From NCBI GenBank assembly GCA_965223505.1, contig CBDCWP010000010.1, forward strand, positions 166,299 through 230,298: a DNA stretch of 64,000 nt, read 5' to 3'. A program made the position numbers and the translations under genes. The stretch comes from Planctomycetota bacterium (GTDB lineage: Bacteria > Planctomycetota > PLA2 > JAEUHO01). Positions 39,047 through 48,291 of the stretch are shown here, one piece after another. The first letter of the stretch is position 1. Every line of letters starts with the position of its first letter. The notes under the pieces are model-generated. The model was not told the origin of the DNA, did no database searches, and saw nothing but the letters and a program-made list of their open reading frames with translations.

Positions 39047-40107
39047 CTACTCCATCGGCGCCGAGTCGGTGCCGGTCTCCTCGCCGCCTAGGCTGCGGCG
39101 CATGTCCGTGTCCGCCTCGACGTTCTTGAGGTTGTAGTAGTCCATGACGCCGATGCGGCCTTCGCGCAGCGCCTGGGCCATCGCCTTCGGCACCTCGGCC
39201 TCTGCCAGCACGACCTTTGCCCGGTTCTCGACGACCGCCGCCTGCATCTCCTGCTCGGCCGCGACGGCCAGCGCGCGGCGCTTCTCGGCCTTCGCCTGCG
39301 CGACGCGCTTGTCGGCCTCGGCCTGGTCGGCCTGCAGCCGCGCACCGATGTTGCTGCCGATGTCGACGTCCGCGATGTCGATGGACAGGATCGAGAAGGC
39401 CGTACCCGAGTCGAGCGCCTTGCCCAGCACGGTCTGGCTGATCAGGTCCGGATTCTCGAGCACCTGCTTGTGGGACTCGGCCGAGCCGATGGTGCTCACG
39501 ATGCCTTCACCGACGCGCGCGATGATCGTCTCTTCGGTCGCACCGCCGATGAGCTGCTTGAGGTTCGTACGTACGGTCACGCGGGCGCGGGCGAGCACCT
39601 GGATGCCGTCCTTGGCCACTGCCGCCACCTCGCGCTTCTCCTTGCGCGGGTCGGGGCAGTCGATGACCTTCGGGTTCACGCTCGTCTGAATGGCGTCGAG
39701 CACGTCGCGTCCGGCGAGGTCGATGCCCGCGCCGGTCTTGAAGTCCAGCGGAATCGCAGCGCGGTCGGCCGCGATCATCGCGCGCGCGACCGCCGGGACG
39801 TTGCCGGCCCGCGAGGTAGTGCGCCTCGAGGTCCTTCGTCGGGACCGGAATCGACGCCTGAACGAGCCGCGATCTTGCTCTGCACGATCGTCGTCGCGCT
39901 GACCTTCCTCAGCCACATGCCGACCAGCTCGAACAGGCTGATGTTGGCATTGGAGAAGTACGCCTGGATCCACAGCTTGAAGAACTTGAGGAAGATGATC
40001 AGCAGGGCCAGGACGACCAGCAGCCCGACGATCATCACGATGAACCAGACGTCGTCGCCGTCCATGGCCAGCGGGGACAGCGTCCCGAGCAAGTGCGATG
40101 TCAACAT
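39047..40107 (-). CDS. floA: Flotillin-like protein FloA (YqfA); two +1 frameshifts near 39810 and 39868
   Basis: LWIQAYFS, repaired [55 protein letters not shown]. Confidence 0.9.
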
Positions 40108-40133
40108 GTTGAACCCCTAGGTCGAAGACGAGA

Positions 40134-40614
40134 TTACGACGCCGCCCGTTCGTCCGGACGCACCTTGATCTCCGTGCCTTCGATCGAAATCACTACCACG
40201 CGCGTGCCTTTGTCGATCATGCCACCTTGGGAAACGACGGACACCCGCTCGCCGGCCAGCCGCGCGGTGCCGGACGGCCGCAGGTCGGTCAGCGCCGGCC
40301 CCGCCTCGCCCATGAGGTGCGACAGATCAGGCGCGCCCGCGCCCGGATTCTCGGTCGGCCCGGTGAGCATCATCGTCTTTCCGAAGCGGGTGTGCGGCAG
40401 CGCCTTGAAGGCGAGCTGGACCGTGAGCGGAATCAGCACGACCTCCGCCGACGATGAAGGACCAGCCGACGACGTTGCTCTCTTCGAACGCGAGGATGTC
40501 CGCGATGATCACGCAGGTCGCCGCGATCAGACCGAACGCGCCGAGCGACGGAAAGAACACCTCGGCCAGGACGAAGCCGATTCCGACGAGGAGCAGGACG
40601 ATCGCGCCGATCAT
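40134..40614 (-). CDS. Short NfeD-family protein; one +1 frameshift near 40449
   Basis: [14 protein letters not shown]-terminus joins to [11 protein letters not shown]...[18 protein letters not shown]. Confidence 0.8.
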
Positions 40615-42155
40615 GCGGACTTGCTCTCGTCCGACGGGACCACCGTGACGCGCTCGCCCTCGACCCGCAGGACGCGCACCTCGCTGCCCGTGTCGACGAA
40701 TCCGCCGTCACTGACGACGTCCACGCGGCGGCCGTCGAACTCCGCGCTCCCGGCCGGGCGGAGCGGGGACGTGGCGATGCCCACGGCGCCGACGGTGACC
40801 CACGTCGTCACCGCGTCGCCGACACGAATGTCCGTCGCGCCGCCGTCGGGCGCCGCGAGGATCATCCGCCGCGCGGGTCCGACCTTCGGGAAGAAGCGCG
40901 AGAGCGTGAAGAGGACCACGAACCCGGCGATGATCGTCGCGATGAACTGCAGAACGAAATCCATGACGGCGTCGCGCGACAAGGTCTGGTCGAAGTTGCC
41001 GAACGACGAGCCGGTGGCGAGGAAGAGGAACCCCGCGCCCATGGACACGAACCCGGCGACGCCCGCGATGCCGAAGCCCGGGAACAGGAAGATCTCCGCC
41101 ACGATGAGCAGCACGCCGAGGATCACGAGGAACAGCGGGAAGCCGTTGAGCTGATCCGCCGTGAGGTGGATGAGCAGCACGAGCACCGCGGCCACGCCGC
41201 CGATGATGGTCACGGTTCCGGGACCCTGCCAGAGCGTGAACAGCACGGCCAGCGCGATCACGGCCGAGAGGATGCCGGCGATCATCAGCAGCGTCTTCGA
41301 CGCGCTCTCGGAGAAGCTCATCTCGGTGAATTCGACCTTGGCGTTCGGCGCGGCGAGCGCGTCGATGACCGCCTGCTCGTTCTCGGGGAAGCCGGTGCCG
41401 GGGAATCGCCGCTTCACGAAGCCGAGCTCGAACGCCTCGTCTGCGGTCATGGTCAGGAGCTGATCCTTCGTGACGACGGGGCTTCCGACCTGAACGAGAT
41501 CGCTGCGCGGGTAACCGTCGAATTCGGCGTCGCCGTCCGCGGCGAGAAACGTGTCGCTCGAGACGAAGAGCACCTTGCCGTCGGTCTTCGACCGCACCCG
41601 AAGCACCGCGATGTCCTTGCTCACGATCGCGGCCGCGAGCAGCGGATCGTACTTGCCCTGCGCGTACTTCCGGAACATCGCGCGCACGACCGTCTCGGCC
41701 TTCTCGCCGACAGGCTGGGGGGCGCCGTCCGCGCCCTGCAGCACCGGCTGGCTGTCGCCGAGCACGGCGCCGCGGCCCATGATGATCTCGTCACAGGCGA
41801 TGGCGACCATGCTCGCGCCGCTCAACGCCCAGTGTTCGGTGTACGCCACCGTGTAGATCGCGTCGCCGAGCCCGTAGATGAGGTCCGAGATCTTCTCGGA
41901 GTGAAACACGGTGCCGCCGGGCGAGTCGATGCGCAGCACGATGCAGTCGGCGCCCGCGGCGCGCGCGCGCTCCACGCGGCGCTGCACGTACGCCCACATC
42001 ATCGCCTCGATGTCCGATTCGAAGTCGATGACGTACACGTGCTCGAAGCGGCCGGCGCGCTTGCTGCCGGACTCTTCCTCCGCAGCCGCATCCACCGCGC
42101 ACACGGCGGCCGCGACGGCGAGCGACAGCAGGACGATCGAGCGGCGGGATCTCAC
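40611..42155 (-). CDS. nfeD: Long NfeD (ClpP-like protease + membrane + OB domain)
   Basis: LRIDSPGG, ALSGASMVAIACD, AEIFLFPGFGIAG, LRPAGSAEFDGRRVDVVSDG. Confidence 0.9.
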   Translation of the reverse strand: MRSRRSIVLLSLAVAAAVCAVDAAAEEESGSKRAGRFEHVYVIDFESDIEAMMWAYVQRRVERARAAGADCIVLRIDSPGGTVFHSEKISDLIYGLGDAIYTVAYTEHWALSGASMVAIACDEIIMGRGAVLGDSQPVLQGADGAPQPVGEKAETVVRAMFRKYAQGKYDPLLAAAIVSKDIAVLRVRSKTDGKVLFVSSDTFLAADGDAEFDGYPRSDLVQVGSPVVTKDQLLTMTADEAFELGFVKRRFPGTGFPENEQAVIDALAAPNAKVEFTEMSFSESASKTLLMIAGILSAVIALAVLFTLWQGPGTVTIIGGVAAVLVLLIHLTADQLNGFPLFLVILGVLLIVAEIFLFPGFGIAGVAGFVSMGAGFLFLATGSSFGNFDQTLSRDAVMDFVLQFIATIIAGFVVLFTLSRFFPKVGPARRMILAAPDGGATDIRVGDAVTTWVTVGAVGIATSPLRPAGSAEFDGRRVDVVSDGGFVDTGSEVRVLRVEGERVTVVPSDESKSA

Positions 42156-42185
42156 GCCGCAATGGTAGCCCGCGACCGGCGGAGG

Positions 42186-43805
42186 CTATTTGATGAGTCC
42201 GAAGGTTTGCAACGTGCCCAGGTTCGCGGTGCCATTTCCGAAGAAGCTCGCGTCCAGCGTTCCGCCCACGTTGACGTACACGTCGGGGCGGTTGCCGGGG
42301 TTGGGGACCAGCACGATCTCGCCGAGCGTGCGGCCGGAAACGGAGGCGAACTCGCTCGATCCGGGGACGAAGTTCACGCCGAAGCCGGATCCCGTGACCA
42401 CGTCGATCGGCAGGTTGAGCAGGAAGAGCTTGCCGGGCAGCGCCGACGGGAACGCGAAGAGGTCCCCGAAGCCGGAGACCACGAGCGTGCGTCCGTCGGG
42501 GGCCAGGGCGATGCCGGTGATGTTGCCGCCGGGGCCGCCCGACTGCGCCGCGGTGATCGGGATGCCGTTGGCCGGTCCACGCAGCACCGCCAGCTTCGAC
42601 GGGTCGATCTGCCCCGTGTAGAGGCCGTCGAGTCGCACGAGGTAGACCTCACCGTTCACCGCGGAGGCGAAGAAGCCGACCTGGTGGCCCGCCCCGTCGG
42701 AGCCGATCGCCGGGCGGATGCCGGAGAGGCCGGCCAGCCCCAACGTGAACGAGCCTTCGAATTGGATGGTGACCGCGTCGTAGGCCTCGACCGTGGCGTT
42801 GGTCTGCGCGACGAGATTGAAGTTGGCGTCGAAGCCGGTCGTGCCGGCCGCCGTCACCAGGACCCGCTCCGTCGGGGTGTCGCCGGGGCTCGAAGGCGAG
42901 GCCTGGATGGACTCGATGGCCACCGGGTTGTACGCCTGCGTGCGGAACGTGAGAGTCGCCAGGACGGACCCCAGGATGTTCGCGACGGGCGCCGTCGCGC
43001 TCGGGAACACGTCGAAGACCTGCACGGTGCCGGGGAGCTTGGTCGCGCCGAACGACGGCGCGCCGAAGATCAGATTGCTCATCGCGACGAACAGGCGACC
43101 GGTCGTCGCGGAGGTCTTGACGTAGGCGATGCCCTCGGCACCCGACTGGATGAACGTATTGCCGACCACGGGTGTACCGCTCGAATCGAGCAGCGGCTGC
43201 ACCGACACGTAGGGGTTGGCGAGGTTGACGGTCTGGCGCACGTTCCCGGTGCTCGGGTCGAACACGACGACGTTCGAGAGCGAGGGCGTCGAGTCGGAGC
43301 CGCCCGCGTTGACCAGCAGGAACGCGAGCGTGTCGCTCACGACCAACAGATCGTTCACGAAGTAGCCGAATCCGATCTGGACGTTCGCGTTGGCCGGGAA
43401 GCCTCCGCTGTCGACCAGCTGGCCGATCTTGATGTTCGTCGTGGGGAAGAGGGTCGACGCCGTCGGCGCAGGGCCCGAGACGTCGATGGCGAGCACGTTC
43501 GCGCCCGCGGCTTCGATCTGATCGGCGTCGGTCGCGAAGATCGTGTCGCCGCGGCGCACGATGCTGCTCGGGAACGACCCGAACGTCGCGACCCGGCCGT
43601 AGTCGAACGCGGCGGCGTTCCACACGGTCGACTGCGGGGGCGGCGGCGGCGGTGTTTGCCCGCCTTGGCCGCCGTTGTTCGACGGGGGCGGCGCCACGAA
43701 CGGGTCGGCCTCGGGGGACGATCCGCCGCCGCAAGCGGCGATGAACGGCAGCGCGCCGACGAGTGCGGCGACGAGAAGAGCGCGAAGGAAGGAAGAAAAC
43801 GGCAT
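42186..43805 (-). CDS. Cobalamin-riboswitch-associated lipoprotein, beta-rich (propeller-like)
   Basis: RBS AAGGAGG; lipobox IAAC; Pro-rich linker; repeats such as VVVFDPSTG, VQVFDV, GIALAPDGRTLVV. Confidence 0.75.
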   Translation of the reverse strand: MPFSSFLRALLVAALVGALPFIAACGGGSSPEADPFVAPPPSNNGGQGGQTPPPPPPQSTVWNAAAFDYGRVATFGSFPSSIVRRGDTIFATDADQIEAAGANVLAIDVSGPAPTASTLFPTTNIKIGQLVDSGGFPANANVQIGFGYFVNDLLVVSDTLAFLLVNAGGSDSTPSLSNVVVFDPSTGNVRQTVNLANPYVSVQPLLDSSGTPVVGNTFIQSGAEGIAYVKTSATTGRLFVAMSNLIFGAPSFGATKLPGTVQVFDVFPSATAPVANILGSVLATLTFRTQAYNPVAIESIQASPSSPGDTPTERVLVTAAGTTGFDANFNLVAQTNATVEAYDAVTIQFEGSFTLGLAGLSGIRPAIGSDGAGHQVGFFASAVNGEVYLVRLDGLYTGQIDPSKLAVLRGPANGIPITAAQSGGPGGNITGIALAPDGRTLVVSGFGDLFAFPSALPGKLFLLNLPIDVVTGSGFGVNFVPGSSEFASVSGRTLGEIVLVPNPGNRPDVYVNVGGTLDASFFGNGTANLGTLQTFGLIK

Positions 43806-43897
43806 GGGCGCCTCCTTCCGGTGTTTGGAGACGGGGCGCCGGGCCTTCGCAAGACGAGGCACCACATCACTCGATACCGGAGTGAACAAAGGGTGGA

Positions 43898-44064
43898 GTC
43901 GAGCGCCGGTCTTCTGGCTTCCGGATCGTCCTCGTTCCGCGCCTTCCCATGCTTGGCGCACAGTGGCAGTTGCGGACCTCGTCCCCGGTCACAGCGGCGG
44001 TCCCGCGGAGGAATTGCACCTCACTTCCGGCCGGCAGAACGACTGCCGGCCAAGACGCACGACC
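43898..44064 (-). ncRNA. Cobalamin (B12) riboswitch
   Basis: Minus strand: GGAAGUGAGGUGCAAUUCCUC...CCGCCGCUGUGA...GCCACUG...GGGAAGG...AAGCCAGAAGACCGGC; P1 GUCGUGCG/CGCUCGAC. Confidence 0.9.
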
Positions 44065-44099
44065 TTGGGTGGACAACGAAAAGAGCGATGACGTGAGAG

Positions 44100-44175
44100 T
44101 GGTGGAGCTGAGGGGAGTCGAACCCCTTACCTCCTGAATGCCATTCAGGCGCTCTACCAGGTGAGCTACAGCCCC
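44100..44175 (-). tRNA. tRNA-Ala(GGC)
   Basis: GGGGCTGTAGCTCACCTGGTAGAGCGCCTGAATGGCATTCAGGAGGTAAGGGGTTCGACTCCCCTCAGCTCCACCA; G3:U70 pair, encoded CCA. Confidence 0.97.
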
Positions 44176-44564
44176 ACGTCGAACGTCGAAGCCGGATTCT
44201 GGACGAGTGGGAGCAATCTTCAAAGAACGTGGCCTGGGGAAATGTCGCCGGAACGCCTTCGAACGACGGCCGCCCACCGGCGCTCCCCCGGACCACGCCC
44301 GCGTACGCCGACGGCGGATCGACGAACCCGGTTGCCGAGCCCCGATCGGGCGCGCCGCAGGCCCGGCGACGATCCGGGGCGCCGTCCGCCCCCGTTCGTC
44401 GCCCCCGGCGTGCCTTGGGTCCCGAGCCTCGCGCCTACGCCGCGCACTTTGAATGTGCCTTCCGCTGCGAACCCCAATATCCTGGGGTCGAATCTGCGGA
44501 ACGCCTCTGGATGTTGGGTCGGAGGTGAGTAGGATCCGCGACGGGACAGAGAGGGAGTCGTGCC

Positions 44565-45371
44565 ATGATCGAGCCCACCGAGGAACGTCCGATCGATCCT
44601 CCCGCGGCGCGAACGCCCCCCGACCGGCCGTCCTTCACCACGCCCGATCGGATCTCGCCCCCGCGCCCCGTCGACGTCCGCCCGGCGCACTCCCAGGGCG
44701 GCGGCCGCGTACCCACCGAGCTCGGCGAGCGCGTTCAAAGCGGCTTCCAGGACCTCTCGCGTCTGCTCGGCGCCATCAAGGAGACGCTCCAGGGGCGCGA
44801 CGGCCAGGTGCAGCAGACACTGCAGGCGCTGCCCGACTTCCTACAGCAGGTGCCGCGCATCCACCGCGCCGAGATCGAGTGTCTGGCGCAGATCAGCAAG
44901 CAGCTCGAGCACATGGGCTCCGGCACCCGCGACGTCATCTCACGGCTCGACGGCCTGCCGGACCTGCTCCGCAGCCTCGCGCTCGGTCAGGCCGAACAGT
45001 CGAAGTTCCTCGACAACCTGCAGGCGAACCTGGGCGAAGCGCTGGAGGTCCAAAGCAAGGCGATTCGTGAAGGCCTCGAGAGCAACCGCCGCAGCAACGA
45101 GGGCCAGCTCGAGATGATCCGCTCGATGGCCTCGACGCAAGAAGACATCTTCTCGACGTTTCAGAACACGCAGAACCGCGCGCTCAACGTGTTCCACCGC
45201 GCGCAGCAACAGAGCATCGCGCAGAACAAGGAACAGCACCAGGTCATGAACCGCCAGGTCGAGATGCTCGTCGAGAAGGTGCACAGCGCACAGACGCGCG
45301 TCTTCTGGCTCTCGATCGGGTTCGCGGGGCTCGCGGCAGCCGGGCTCGCTGCCATGGTGCTCTTCGGCTAG
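44565..45371 (+). CDS. Hypothetical coiled-coil protein with C-terminal TM anchor
   Basis: Gln-rich helical region; terminal hydrophobic helix; RBS GGGAG. Confidence 0.75.
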   Translation: MIEPTEERPIDPPAARTPPDRPSFTTPDRISPPRPVDVRPAHSQGGGRVPTELGERVQSGFQDLSRLLGAIKETLQGRDGQVQQTLQALPDFLQQVPRIHRAEIECLAQISKQLEHMGSGTRDVISRLDGLPDLLRSLALGQAEQSKFLDNLQANLGEALEVQSKAIREGLESNRRSNEGQLEMIRSMASTQEDIFSTFQNTQNRALNVFHRAQQQSIAQNKEQHQVMNRQVEMLVEKVHSAQTRVFWLSIGFAGLAAAGLAAMVLFG

Positions 45372-45391
45372 GGATCGTCGGGCCCCTGACG

Positions 45392-46894
45392 CTACGGCGC
45401 GAACTGGCCTTCGACGCGCCCCACGGCCGTCACGCCGGACACCGCGCCGGAGATGTCCGTCCCCTGGATGCCGTCGACGACGTCGTCGCTGTCCTCCTGG
45501 ATCATGAACGATCCGTTGAAGAACCAGACCGTCGCGACGTCCGAGTCCAGGATGAACAAGAAGCGGTTGCTCGGCGCGTAGCGCACGCCGGCGGCGATGC
45601 CGGTCGCGCCGGTCGACACCGCGCCCACCAGGTCGGAGACCTCGAGCGGCGTCGGGTCCAGGTATCCGAACTCGCGGCGGCGCTGGATCAGGCCCATGCC
45701 GTCGGCATAGCCGTTCAGAAGCTGGACCGTGACCAACCCGTTGGCGCCGGTGAGCACGTCCACGTTCGTTCCCACCACGGGGCCCGAGATCGCCAGCCCG
45801 GCCAGATCCGTGACGCTGCTGATGAGTGTGGTGTCCACGGACGCCGGGTCCGCAATGACCGCGCGATCCACGATGTGGCTGATCGGTCCGGCGCCGAGGC
45901 CGGCGACGAGGGGCGCCGCCTGGACCCCCGGCGTTCCGGCGTCGCGATCCAGCTCGGTCAGCGCCGTCACGTCGGTCGCGTTCACGTAGACGAGCTGTCC
46001 GTCGGCGCCGTCGCGGCACGTGATGAACACGAGGTCGCCGATGAGACCGATGTCGAGTCCGAGCGCCATGTTCGCGGCGTTGGCCGCGGGCGACAGCACG
46101 AGGAAGCCGATCTCGGTCCCGGTGACGACGTCCACGGCGTACAGCCGGATCCGCTGCGACGGTAGGTGGGTGAACGCCGCTAGTACGGCCGTTCCGCTGC
46201 GGGCCATGGAGATCGTGTCGGCCTCGGCGCGTAGGTCCGTTCCGTCGGTCAGGGTGACGGCGGTCGTCCCGGCGTCCCCCGGCGAGAAGAAGTGCAGCGG
46301 CGAGACGCCCGGCGCCACCGCGTTGCGGTTCTGCACGAAGTAGCGCGACGCCGCCGCGAGCTCGACCCCCGCGATGCCGACCGGGGTGTGCGACGCGGGC
46401 GCCGCCTCCGTGATCGTGGTCGTGCCGCCGGACACGAACGTGCGCGCGTCGAGAAGCGTGACCGCGCCCGGGCTTCCCACGCCGAAGTCCGGCAGCGGTC
46501 CCGTGTTGAACGAGAAGAAGACCTCGTCGAGCGAGTAGCGCAGGTTCTGGTTGACGACCGCTCCCTGGCCCAACCGCACGACGTGTTGCAGCTCGGGGAG
46601 GAAGGAGAAGCCCGCCAGCGGGCGCAGGTAGATGCAACACGGCACGCCGGGGCGTTGATGGATGCGCACCGCGATGAACGAACCGCCCGCCGTGACGAAG
46701 GCGTCGTCCGGGTTCAGCACGGTGACCGCCTCGTCGTAGGTGACCTCGATCTCGCTGACGAGGCCCGGAAGCGTGGTCCCCGTGGCGGGGAACGTCGCGA
46801 TCACGACGGGCCGGTTCTCGGCGCTCCCGCAGGCGGCGAAGGGAGCTGCACAGAGGGCCGTCAGCAGGCTGGCGAGGAGAAGTCGGCGAGACAT
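45392..46894 (-). CDS. Lipoprotein with N-terminal Ig-like (Big_5-like) domain and beta-rich C-terminus
   Basis: Lipobox FAAC; PVVIATFPATG...IEVTYDEAV...FSFNTG. Confidence 0.7.
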   Translation of the reverse strand: MSRRLLLASLLTALCAAPFAACGSAENRPVVIATFPATGTTLPGLVSEIEVTYDEAVTVLNPDDAFVTAGGSFIAVRIHQRPGVPCCIYLRPLAGFSFLPELQHVVRLGQGAVVNQNLRYSLDEVFFSFNTGPLPDFGVGSPGAVTLLDARTFVSGGTTTITEAAPASHTPVGIAGVELAAASRYFVQNRNAVAPGVSPLHFFSPGDAGTTAVTLTDGTDLRAEADTISMARSGTAVLAAFTHLPSQRIRLYAVDVVTGTEIGFLVLSPAANAANMALGLDIGLIGDLVFITCRDGADGQLVYVNATDVTALTELDRDAGTPGVQAAPLVAGLGAGPISHIVDRAVIADPASVDTTLISSVTDLAGLAISGPVVGTNVDVLTGANGLVTVQLLNGYADGMGLIQRRREFGYLDPTPLEVSDLVGAVSTGATGIAAGVRYAPSNRFLFILDSDVATVWFFNGSFMIQEDSDDVVDGIQGTDISGAVSGVTAVGRVEGQFAP

Positions 46895-46990
46895 GGACAG
46901 GACGATACCCTCCGACCGGCCGTGGACGCAGATTCCGTCCCCGAGGCATCACCCCGACGTCACCGTCGGCGTCCCGTAGGAGAGACCCCC

Positions 46991-48178
46991 GTGGCGGACA
47001 TCCGCATCGCAGAGCGCGTCGAGCGCATGGGCACCGAGGCGGCGTTTCGCGTCTTCGCGCGCGCGAAGGCGCTGGAAGCGCAGGGCCGCGACGTCATCCA
47101 CCTGGAGATGGGGGAGCCGGACGTCCCCACGCCCCGGTTCATCGTCGACGCGTGCGAGCGGGCGCTTCGCGACGGGCACACGGGCTACGCCCCCGCGGCC
47201 GGTGTTCCCGCCCTGCGCGAGCGCGTCGCGCGCTACGTGAGCGAGACGCGCGACATCGAGGTCGATCCCGCGCAGGTCGTCATCACGCCCGGCGGCAAGC
47301 CGGTGATCTTCTACACCTACCTGGCGTTCGTCGAGCCGGGCGACGAGGTGATCTACCCCGACCCCGGGTTCCCCATCTTCGAGTCGATGACCGATGCCTG
47401 CGGCGCGGTCCGCGTGCCTTGGTACCCGGGGTCCGGCACCGCGACGCGACCGGACATCGACCGGCTCGCTTCCTTGATGACGGACAAGACGCGCTTGCTC
47501 GTGCTGAACAGTCCGAGCAACCCCACCGGCGTCGTCTACACGCGCGAAGAGCTCGCCGCGATCGCGCGCCTGTGCGCCGAACGCGACATCGTCGTGCTCT
47601 CCGACGAGATCTACTCGCGCATCCTGTTCGACGCGCCGCACCACAGCGTCGCCAAGGAACCCGGGATGAGGGAACGCACGGTCATCCTCGACGGTTTCTC
47701 GAAGACCTGGAGCATGACCGGGTGGCGGCTGGGCTACGCCGTGGCGCCCTCGGCGAAGATCGCCGCCGTCTACGAGAAGCTGATGACGAACAGCAATTCG
47801 TGCGCGGTGAACTTCGCGCAGCAGGCGGCCGTGCACGCCATGGACGGTCCGTCCGACGAGATCGACGCCATGGTCGAGCTGTTCCGCGTTCGACGCGATA
47901 CGCTCGTGGACGGACTGAACGACGTGTCCGGCGTCTCCTGCGACCGGCCGGAGGGATCGTTCTTCGCCTTCGCCGACGTTCGCGGCACCGGTAGCGACGC
48001 GCGCGCGCTCGCCGACCGATTGCTGGAAGAAGCCGGCGTTGCTTGCGTCGAAGGTCCGGCGTTCGGGGCCGGGGGCGAGGGCTTCATCCGGTTCTCCTTC
48101 GCCGCGGACGAGGCGCGAATTCGCGAGGCGGTGGCGCGCATGCGCGCGCTGACGGCACGGGCGCCGGAGACGGCCTGA
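46991..48178 (+). CDS. PLP-dependent aminotransferase class I/II (aspartate aminotransferase-like)
   Basis: GEPDVPTP, NSPSNPTG, SDEIY, GFSKTWSMTGWRLG. Confidence 0.93.
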   Translation: MADIRIAERVERMGTEAAFRVFARAKALEAQGRDVIHLEMGEPDVPTPRFIVDACERALRDGHTGYAPAAGVPALRERVARYVSETRDIEVDPAQVVITPGGKPVIFYTYLAFVEPGDEVIYPDPGFPIFESMTDACGAVRVPWYPGSGTATRPDIDRLASLMTDKTRLLVLNSPSNPTGVVYTREELAAIARLCAERDIVVLSDEIYSRILFDAPHHSVAKEPGMRERTVILDGFSKTWSMTGWRLGYAVAPSAKIAAVYEKLMTNSNSCAVNFAQQAAVHAMDGPSDEIDAMVELFRVRRDTLVDGLNDVSGVSCDRPEGSFFAFADVRGTGSDARALADRLLEEAGVACVEGPAFGAGGEGFIRFSFAADEARIREAVARMRALTARAPETA

Positions 48179-48291
48179 AACCGGGCGGGGACGCCGCGGT
48201 ACCTCCGAGCATCACCCCGAGAAATCGGCGATCCCCCCGGGGCCAGGGGCACAATGGCCGGCCCCGGCTCAATTGAGTGGAGAGAGAGGCT

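Noticed and set aside
44100..44175. tRNA-anchored genomic island or prophage
   Set aside because: No integrase, no duplicated tRNA 3' end noticed and no phage genes.
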